A DNA stretch of 64,000 nucleotides, taken from an uncultured Thermoleophilia bacterium. GTDB taxonomy: Bacteria; Actinomycetota; Thermoleophilia; UBA2241. A program made the position numbers and the translations under genes. The stretch covers positions 1,799 through 65,798 of the forward strand of contig CAIYOD010000013.1 of NCBI GenBank assembly GCA_903927755.1, given 5' to 3'. The notes under the pieces are model-generated. The model did no database searches and was not told where the DNA came from. It saw only the letters and a program-made list of their open reading frames with translations. This document shows positions 27,349-34,411 of the stretch, piece after piece (position 1 is the stretch's first letter; each line of letters starts with the position of its first letter).

Positions 27349-29271
27349 ATGAACGAAGCCGGCAGGAGCAGCGGGACGCCCCGAGTCACCTCCCGGGCGC
27401 AGCGGCTGCTGCTCGCGCTCGTCGTGTTCGTCGTCGCGGCCGCCGGAGCGGCCGCTCTGGCGGCCGGCCCCGCGGCGGCCAAGGACTTCTCGATCGCCAG
27501 CGTTGCCGTCGACGCGCAGGTCATGCCCAATGGCGACGTGCGCATCACCGACACGCGGACCCTCGACTTCTCCGGCGTCTTCCACTTCGTGTACTGGGAC
27601 CTCTCGACCGAAGGCGCCGACGCCATCAAGGTCCTCGGGGCGACAGGGCCGTCGACGTCCGACCCCGCGACCACTGTGCCGTACAGCCTCTCGGACTACG
27701 CGATCGTCGGGATGGCGAGCGGGACGTTCGATACGTACGCCGTCGAGGACCGCGGCGGCGTCGTCCGCGTCCAGCTCAACTTCGAGGTCGGCGACACGAC
27801 CGCGACCTTCAGCGTGCGCTACGTCGCCAAGGGCGCCGCCAGGCGCTTCACCGATACCGCCGAGCTCTATTGGCAGTTCGTCGGCGCCGACACCGCGGTC
27901 GAGGCGCAGAACGTGAGCGTCACCGTGCGCCTTCCGGAGGGCGTGACCCGCGACCAGGTGCGCGCCTGGGCTCACGGGCCCCTGTGGGGCACGGTGACCA
28001 TCGAGCCGGACGCCAGCGTGCTGATGAAGGTCGACCCGCTGCCGGCGTACACGTTCGTCGAGGGCCGCATCCTGTTCCCGGCGGCCGCTCTGAGCAAGGC
28101 GCCCGAGCAGCCGGCAGCCAGGCTGGCCGAGGTGCTGGCCGAGGAGAAGAAGCTCGCCGACGAGGCCAACCGCTCGCGCACCTGGGCGCGTATCAAGGTC
28201 GGCCTGTGGGGGATCCTCGGCGTCGGGGTGCCGGTCATCGCTCTGGTCCTCGTCTTCGTGCTGTACTTCCGCTATGGCCGCGAGCCGAAGACCCAGTTCC
28301 AGGCGCAGTACCTGCGCGACATCCCGGAGCCGCAGCTGCCGCCGGCGCTCGTCGCCTTCATCTGGCGCATGGGCAGCGTGGGCAGTGGCGACGTCACCGC
28401 CACCCTGCTCGATCTCGTCAACCGCAAGGTCATCGACCTCGAGCGGGTCACCGTCCAGAAGGACAAGCTGTTCGGGCCCGACGAGACGACGACGTACAAG
28501 CTGACGCTCCACGACGAGCGTCTCGAGGAGCTGCTCGACCACGAGCGGCAGCTCTGCAAGTTCCTCTTCCACCAGATCGCCGACGGCAACGAGCTGGTCC
28601 TGAGCGAGCTCAAGGACCTGGCCAAGACGCACCGCACCGCCTTCGCCAAGGGCTTCCAGACGTGGAAGAGCAAGGTGGAGAAGGAGGGTGCGAAGCGCGG
28701 TTTCCTCGACCCGAAGGCCGACAGGATGGCCTTCGGGGCGTCGGCATTCGCCTTCGTCGCCATCGTCGCCGCGGGTGCGGCCGCGGTCTTCAGCGGCTTC
28801 TGGTGGTTCTTCCTTGGCATCCCGGTCGGCCTCGTGCTGATCTACGTCGCGCGCGCCGTCAAGCGCCGCTCGCAGGAGGCCGCGGAGCTGCACGCCCAGT
28901 ACGCGGCCCTCGAGCGGTACCTCAAGGATTTCGGCCGCCTCGACGAGAAGCCGCCGGACGCGATCGTGCTGTGGGAGCAGTTCCTCATCTTCGCCGTGGT
29001 GTTCGGCATCGCCGACCAGGTCGCCAAGGCGATGACCGTCAAGATCCCGGAGGTCGTCAACGACCCGGGCTTCCGCACGCCGTACATCCTCTGGTGGGGG
29101 ATGCCTGGCGGCGGGGGCGGGCTCTCCGCTTTCAATGAGATGCACCAGAGCTTCAGCCAGGCCGTCTCGGTGGCGACATCCTCGTCGTCCTCGGGGTCCG
29201 GAGGCGGCGGCGGATTCTCTGGCGGAGGAGGCGGCGGCGGCGGCGGCGGCGGAGGCTTCGGCGCCGGCTGA
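27349..29271 (+). CDS. DUF2207 family membrane protein
   Basis: Signal peptide, ELYWQ, YLKDF, WEQFLIFAVVFGIAD, Gly/Ser-rich C-terminal tail. Confidence 0.88.
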   Translation: MNEAGRSSGTPRVTSRAQRLLLALVVFVVAAAGAAALAAGPAAAKDFSIASVAVDAQVMPNGDVRITDTRTLDFSGVFHFVYWDLSTEGADAIKVLGATGPSTSDPATTVPYSLSDYAIVGMASGTFDTYAVEDRGGVVRVQLNFEVGDTTATFSVRYVAKGAARRFTDTAELYWQFVGADTAVEAQNVSVTVRLPEGVTRDQVRAWAHGPLWGTVTIEPDASVLMKVDPLPAYTFVEGRILFPAAALSKAPEQPAARLAEVLAEEKKLADEANRSRTWARIKVGLWGILGVGVPVIALVLVFVLYFRYGREPKTQFQAQYLRDIPEPQLPPALVAFIWRMGSVGSGDVTATLLDLVNRKVIDLERVTVQKDKLFGPDETTTYKLTLHDERLEELLDHERQLCKFLFHQIADGNELVLSELKDLAKTHRTAFAKGFQTWKSKVEKEGAKRGFLDPKADRMAFGASAFAFVAIVAAGAAAVFSGFWWFFLGIPVGLVLIYVARAVKRRSQEAAELHAQYAALERYLKDFGRLDEKPPDAIVLWEQFLIFAVVFGIADQVAKAMTVKIPEVVNDPGFRTPYILWWGMPGGGGGLSAFNEMHQSFSQAVSVATSSSSSGSGGGGGFSGGGGGGGGGGGGFGAG

Positions 29272-29436
29272 CGCTCCGCCTGGGCGCCGCCGGGACCTAC
29301 CCGTCCCGCGCGCCCAGAGGTTTACACCTCTTCTGTAGTGTTTACTCGCCTCTCCTCGAGGGAAAGAGCGTCGCGGAAGCGAGCATCGCCCCCATGGCTC
29401 CGGAAGGCTCACGGGGAGTGCACGAGGAGGGTCATC

Positions 29437-29865
29437 ATGGCGCGTCCCAACCCTGCCGAGTTCGGCGAGAAATATCGAAGGGTCCAGAAGGCAGCCGAGG
29501 CAGCGCTGAGCGCCGACCGCCATCACTTCGACTTCACCGGTGAGGTAGCGCCCGGCGTCCGGCTCGTCCTCAGCGAGGCAGGCGACAGGCCGCTGGCGTT
29601 CTCGCTCTGGAGTCTCCCGCAGGACATCGCCGAGCTGTGCAGCGACGCGAGCGTGCCGGCGACGGCTGCGCTGCTCGCGATCGACGCCCAGCAGGCCCGG
29701 GCGGCCGCGGTCGCGGGCCTCCGCGTCGATCTGACGCAGTTCACGCGCAGCCAGTCTCGCCCCGACGTCTACTACACGCTCTTCGACCATGCGAGCCGGC
29801 GCCAGATCCACACGGTGCTGCACCGGCTCGTGCCGTCCCTGGGAACCCACACAGCCGCCGCCTGA
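29437..29865 (+). CDS. Hypothetical protein
   Basis: GAGGAGG RBS before ATG 29437; GC3-biased codons; family not recognised. Confidence 0.7.
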   Translation: MARPNPAEFGEKYRRVQKAAEAALSADRHHFDFTGEVAPGVRLVLSEAGDRPLAFSLWSLPQDIAELCSDASVPATAALLAIDAQQARAAAVAGLRVDLTQFTRSQSRPDVYYTLFDHASRRQIHTVLHRLVPSLGTHTAAA

Positions 29866-30126
29866 CTCTGCTGCCCTCCATCATCGGTCTCAGGACCGTG
29901 TCACAGTCTTCGACCTGCCTTCCGGCAGCCAGGCGGCCGCGCCCCGCGAGAGCGGGCGCGCGGCCGCCAAGCGCTTCACCTGCGGCCGCCCAGGGCTGCC
30001 TCACGTCACCAAACGGCGACCGCCGTAACCACTGCTAGCATAGGGGTCCGCTCTACCGACCCACAGGGAACCGGGCGCGCCGCATCCGCCGGCCGCGCCT
30101 CCGTCAACAAGGAGGAGCACCAGAAG

Positions 30127-30672
30127 ATGGCCGAACCTTTCAAGAACACGCCGCCCGCACCAGAGGCGAAGGGCGAGATGACTGCCGCGAACATCGCCGC
30201 CGCGCTGGCCGGTGAGAGCCAGGCGTCGCAGAAGTACCTCGCGTTCGCCGACGTCGCCGAGGCAGAGGGCTATCCGAACGTCTCTCGCCTGTTCCGCGCC
30301 GTGGCCTACGCCGAGAGCACGCATGCACGCAACCACCTGAGCGTGCTCGGCGCCATCGGCACCACCGAAGAGAACCTCAAGGCCGCCTGGGGCGGCGAGA
30401 CGTTCGAGATCGACGAGATGTATGCGGCCTACGACGCGGTCGCGAAGCTGCAGGAGAACAAGAGCGCGCAGACCAGCATCCGTTACGCCCTCACGGCCGA
30501 GAAGGACCACCAGGCCATCTACGACGCCGTGAGCAAGGGCGTCGCGGGCAAGCAGGACTGCGGCACCGACGCCGTGCGCGTCTGCCCCATCTGTGGCCAC
30601 ACCGTCATCGGCGACGCGCCGGACGAGTGCCCCGTGTGTGGCACCGCCGGCTCGTACTTCAAGGAGTTCTGA
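30127..30672 (+). CDS. rbr: Rubrerythrin (ferritin-like diiron + C-terminal rubredoxin)
   Basis: AGESQA, ESTHARNH, GETFE, EKDH; CPICG...CPVCG. Confidence 0.92.
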   Translation: MAEPFKNTPPAPEAKGEMTAANIAAALAGESQASQKYLAFADVAEAEGYPNVSRLFRAVAYAESTHARNHLSVLGAIGTTEENLKAAWGGETFEIDEMYAAYDAVAKLQENKSAQTSIRYALTAEKDHQAIYDAVSKGVAGKQDCGTDAVRVCPICGHTVIGDAPDECPVCGTAGSYFKEF

Positions 30673-30673
30673 G

Positions 30674-31219
30674 ATGGACGAAGCCCTCGAGAAGCGCCTC
30701 CCCAAGCCGGAAGAGCTCAGCGCGATGACGAAGGAGAGCCTCGCGGCTGCCTTCGCCGGCGAGAGCCAGGCGGCCGAGAAGTACCTCGTCTGGGCCGAGC
30801 AGGCCGAGGACGAAGGCTATCCCAACGTGGCCAAGCTCTTCCGCGCCATCTCATTCGCCGAGTCGCGGCACGCGCGCAACCACCTGCGCGTGATGGGCGG
30901 CATCAGCAGCACGGCAGACAACCTCGCCGCGGCGTTCGGCGGCGAGAGCTTCGAGGTCGACGAGATGTACCCGGCCTACCACGAGATCGCCAAGCTCCAG
31001 GGCAACAACCAGGCCGTGCGCAGCATCAACTACGCGCTCAGGTCCGAGGTGGACCACAAGGGCCAGTACACGGCCGCCCGCGAGCAGGTCGTCGCCGGCA
31101 AGGACATCGCCGACGGGCCCGTGAACGTGTGCCTCGCCTGTGGCCACACGATCATCGGCGACGCGCCGGACAAGTGCCCCTACTGCGGCGCGACGCCGGA
31201 GCTGTACAAGACCTTCTGA
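30674..31219 (+). CDS. rbr: Rubrerythrin, second tandem paralog
   Basis: AGESQA, ESRHARNH, GESFE, EVDH; CLACG...CPYCG; ATG at 30674. Confidence 0.92.
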   Translation: MDEALEKRLPKPEELSAMTKESLAAAFAGESQAAEKYLVWAEQAEDEGYPNVAKLFRAISFAESRHARNHLRVMGGISSTADNLAAAFGGESFEVDEMYPAYHEIAKLQGNNQAVRSINYALRSEVDHKGQYTAAREQVVAGKDIADGPVNVCLACGHTIIGDAPDKCPYCGATPELYKTF

Positions 31220-31245
31220 GTCTCGGGAAGAGACCGCGCGACCCC

Positions 31246-31285
31246 GGACGGGGCCGGCCCGCCGTAGCGGCGGCCGGCCCCGTCC
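31246..31285. terminator. Terminator-like hairpin
   Basis: GGACGGGGCCGGCC...GGCCGGCCCCGTCC, 14-bp inverted repeat between convergent genes. Confidence 0.7.
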
Positions 31286-31314
31286 GTCCCTTCACAATGA
31301 GGCGGAGCTCTGTG

Positions 31315-32043
31315 TCAGCCCGCGGGCGACGCCGACGCCGAGGCGCTCAGGGTCGAGGGGTCGTAGCCGACGGCGTACTGCACTCCGAGCAGCTTGGAGC
31401 GCTCGAGGATCCATGCCGCCCAGAGCTGCTGCTGCTTGGCCGAGAGCAGCGTCTGCTTGATGGTCGTCTTGGCCTTCGCCAGCGTGGCCGTCTTCTTCGA
31501 CTTGGCGAGCTGCGTCTTGTGCGCATCCCAGTACGCCTGGATCTCCGCGTCGCTGATCGCCGCCTTCTTGGTGACGACCTCGGCGGCGCGGGACGACAGC
31601 GTCTGGCTGCGGATCGAGCGCTTGAGCAGGTCCAGGGTCATGCCCTGCTCCTTGAGCAACTCCTGGACCTTCGTCTCGCCGCCGTAGGCCTGCTGCAGCT
31701 GCGCTATCTGGTCGCTCACTTCCTTGTCGGTGACCTGGACGCCCAGCTCCTTGGCGCTCTGCGCGACGATCTGCTCCTCCACCAGATACTTGACGATCTG
31801 GCCCGTGTAATGGTCGTAGCTGTCGCTGCCCTCCTTGGGAACGGCCATCCCCTGGGCCTCCATCTGCGTCCGGGCCTGATCCATCAGCTGCTGGAAGTCG
31901 GTCTTGGTCACCGTGGCATCGCCGACGGTCGCGACGGCGTCGCTCGGCACGCTGCTGCCACCGCAACCGGCGGCGACGAGCCCTGCGGCGGCGATGCCCA
32001 GGAGCGCCACAGCGGCGATCAGGACGGTGGTGACGCGTCTCAT
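31315..32043 (-). CDS. SurA N-terminal/PrsA-like lipoprotein chaperone (no parvulin domain visible)
   Basis: Lipobox VAAGC; DAVATVGDATVTK, AKELGVQVTDKEV, ISDAEIQAYW. Confidence 0.82.
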   Translation of the reverse strand: MRRVTTVLIAAVALLGIAAAGLVAAGCGGSSVPSDAVATVGDATVTKTDFQQLMDQARTQMEAQGMAVPKEGSDSYDHYTGQIVKYLVEEQIVAQSAKELGVQVTDKEVSDQIAQLQQAYGGETKVQELLKEQGMTLDLLKRSIRSQTLSSRAAEVVTKKAAISDAEIQAYWDAHKTQLAKSKKTATLAKAKTTIKQTLLSAKQQQLWAAWILERSKLLGVQYAVGYDPSTLSASASASPAG

Positions 32044-32130
32044 ATACGTGATCCTCTCTCGGGTTGCTGCGCTCGGGTGGCGGCCGGCGGGGAACGCGCA
32101 CACGGCTGCGCTCCAACGCTATCCGGCCAG

Positions 32131-32226
32131 ACTGAGTGTGTCCTGAGCCCGGCCTGAGAGCAACCTGAGCGCTTTCGTCGCGCCTTGTCGCGAGCGCTCA
32201 CAGCCAGGATTCAGGCTCAGCACAGG
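32131..32226. promoter_or_regulatory. 11-bp-period direct-repeat arrays (OmpR/MprA-type binding sites)
   Basis: CTGAG at 32132, 32143, 32154, 32165; weaker opposite-sense array CACAGC/TTCAGG/CACAGG at 32199, 32210, 32221. Confidence 0.6.
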
Positions 32227-32292
32227 TCACCCAAAGGGGCGGGTGGCAGACTGCCCCCAGAGACTCGGTGAGCGAATGGAGGGAGGCGGGTG

Positions 32293-32643
32293 ATGCGCAG
32301 AGCGATCGTCGTCATGGCCGTCGTCGCGGCCCCCGCCACCCTCTTCGCCACGAGCGCCACGAGCGCCGCCGTGGGCCGGCCTGCCCCGCCGTCCGCGTCC
32401 GGCGCTCCGGCCGCCGTGCCCGCAACCGCCGTCGCCCCGGCCGACGTCACCAGGAAGGCGCGCCCGGCCGTCGCACCGACCGAGTCCCAGCGCGGCACGG
32501 GGCTGCGAGCAGACGACGCCGCCACGCCGCCGTCCTTGGGGACGGCGCCGGCGATGTCCGCGAGCCCGCAACTCAGCCGCACGACCGGTGGCGCCCGCGC
32601 CGTCGCTCGCGCGATGCCGGGGGCGAGAGCGCCACCGGCCTGA
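32293..32643 (+). CDS. Putative small secreted Ala/Pro-rich protein
   Basis: GGAGGGAGG RBS, signal-peptide-like N-terminus, low complexity. Confidence 0.35.
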   Translation: MRRAIVVMAVVAAPATLFATSATSAAVGRPAPPSASGAPAAVPATAVAPADVTRKARPAVAPTESQRGTGLRADDAATPPSLGTAPAMSASPQLSRTTGGARAVARAMPGARAPPA

Positions 32644-32774
32644 CGACGACGGACGACTGCGTGCGCCCAGGCGGCGCGGGGCCCTGATCGGGCGAGGCCC
32701 CGCGCCTTCCTTTGATACACTTCCTCCTGCTCTCGCGCGGGCGCAGCCCGCGTCACCGTCAGGAGGTTCCCGTC

Positions 32775-33227
32775 GTGGGATACGACTTCGGTGTCGGCCG
32801 CGAAGCGCCGACCTTCACTCTCAGCGCCGTCGACGGCAGCGAGATCAGGCTCAATCAGTACCGGGGAGACTGGTTCACGGTGCTGGCCTTCATCCCGACC
32901 CAGACTCCCGCCGCAGTCGAGACTCTCGAGCGCCTCAGCAAGGCTGCGGGCACCATCTGGGGTCTGCGCGGCCAGCTGGTCGGCCTCTGCGACGCCGGCC
33001 GCGACGAGTGCCTGGCCCTCGCGGCGCAGGTCCCCGGTCTCGCATTCCCCCTGCTGCCGGACGACGGCGCCGTCGCCCGGCAGTATGGCGCGCTCCGCAA
33101 GGACGGCACCGTCCGGCCCATGGCCTTCATCGTCGACCGTGCCGGCAAGATCGTCTGGACCGGCGAGGGTGAGGCGGCGCTCAAGGCTCCCAAGCTGATC
33201 GCCGCCTTCCGCGACGTCGTCCGCTGA
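32775..33227 (+). CDS. AhpC/TSA (peroxiredoxin-like) fold protein lacking the peroxidatic Cys
   Basis: APTFTLSAVDGSEIRLNQYRG, FPLLPDDG.VARQYG, FIVDRAGKI; AGGAGG RBS before GTG. Confidence 0.8.
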   Translation: MGYDFGVGREAPTFTLSAVDGSEIRLNQYRGDWFTVLAFIPTQTPAAVETLERLSKAAGTIWGLRGQLVGLCDAGRDECLALAAQVPGLAFPLLPDDGAVARQYGALRKDGTVRPMAFIVDRAGKIVWTGEGEAALKAPKLIAAFRDVVR

Positions 33228-33359
33228 CCGGGCGTTCGTGACGGATAGGGCGGCGGGCCGTTCGCACCACCGCCCACCCGCGCCGTCAGAGGCGCTCCGT
33301 TCCATCCCGGCTCACACGGGTACAACAGGCTATGCAGTCTCCGTGAAGGAGTGAGCCAG

Positions 33360-33728
33360 ATGTTGATCGGACAGACCATGTTCAGCGTTCGTCACGGCAC
33401 CGAGCATCGGGCCGAGCGGGCGCTTCAGGAGCTCGCCGGACTCCTCCGGGGGTCGGCGGGACACACCAGCCATCGAGTCTTGCGCTCGTTCGGCATGTCG
33501 CCGCTCGGCAGCGCCCTGCGGGACGAGGGACGCGAAGTGACGCTCAGCGACGTCCACTTCGTCTTCGAGACGGAGTGGGAGTCGCTCGAGAAGCACGACG
33601 AGTTCTACAAGAGCCGGCCGGTCCAGACGATCTACGGCACCTTGCAGTCGATCTTCACCAGCGGGCCGTTCGAGGTCCTCTACGACGCCGTCGTCGAGGA
33701 ACCACAGCACGACAGCGCCACCGTCTGA
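33360..33728 (+). CDS. ABM/dimeric alpha-beta barrel protein
   Basis: FVFETEWESLEKHDEF motif; GAAGGAG RBS. Confidence 0.75.
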   Translation: MLIGQTMFSVRHGTEHRAERALQELAGLLRGSAGHTSHRVLRSFGMSPLGSALRDEGREVTLSDVHFVFETEWESLEKHDEFYKSRPVQTIYGTLQSIFTSGPFEVLYDAVVEEPQHDSATV

Positions 33729-33739
33729 CGGGCGCGCAG

Positions 33740-34102
33740 ATGTGGCCGTTCAGCAGGGGTGCCAAGCCCGCGGGAGTCGCGACGCCGGTAGAGGTACCGA
33801 CGATCGACGTGAAGCAGGCGTTCGCGCGCTCGAAGCGAGGCGCGAAGCTCGTCGACGTGCGCTCGTCGCGTGAGTTCGCGCACTCCGGCCACCCCAAGGG
33901 CGCCGTGAGCGTCCCGCCCCAGCTCATCAAGAAGGACCAGACGGGCCTCGGGCGCGACGACGACATCCTCGTGATCTGTCTCAGCGGGCATCGCAGCCCC
34001 CGGCAGGCGCACGCGCTCGCCGGCATGGGCTTCACGAAGGTGACGAACGTCCACGGCGGTCTCATGGCCTGGAAGAAGGCCGGGCTGCCGGTCAAGCGCT
34101 GA
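33740..34102 (+). CDS. Rhodanese-like domain protein
   Basis: LVDVRS..EF..GHPKGA, ICLSGHRS, GGLMAW. Confidence 0.9.
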   Translation: MWPFSRGAKPAGVATPVEVPTIDVKQAFARSKRGAKLVDVRSSREFAHSGHPKGAVSVPPQLIKKDQTGLGRDDDILVICLSGHRSPRQAHALAGMGFTKVTNVHGGLMAWKKAGLPVKR

Positions 34103-34125
34103 CCGCCGGGCCGTGAGTGCTGCTG

Positions 34126-34144
34126 GGGCGCGTCACGCGCGCCC
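34126..34144 (-). promoter_or_regulatory. Putative SECIS of the Uxx* glutaredoxin
   Basis: GGGCGCG-CGTGA-CGCGCCC hairpin starting 10 nt after the first TGA. Confidence 0.55.
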
Positions 34145-34145
34145 G

Positions 34146-34367
34146 TCAGATGCCTCAGCCGCCTCCGGCGGCGATGCGGATCTCGCCGTCTTCCTCGACG
34201 ATCACCGGCACCACGTTCATGCCTCCGGTGAGTTCGGCGAGCTCCTCGCGGGCGCCCGGCGACGTGTACACGTCGATCTCGACGAAGTCGACGGCGCGAG
34301 CCTCCAGATCCTGCTTGGCCGCGGCGCAGTACGGGCAGCCGGGCTTGGTGTAGATGATGATGGGCAC
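34146..34367 (-). CDS. Glutaredoxin-like selenoprotein with C-terminal U-x-x-stop (Uxx*-type)
   Basis: CPYC active site, VPVI; GGG-TGA(34155-57)-GGC-ATC-TGA reads as GGG-U-G-I-stop. Confidence 0.8.
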
Positions 34368-34411
34368 GTCGCCTCCTCATTGAAGACCCGGACCGCCGGG
34401 CCTCTGTCATC

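Noticed and set aside
29204-29262. (GGC)n microsatellite
   Set aside because: Encodes the normal Gly-rich tail of DUF2207 proteins
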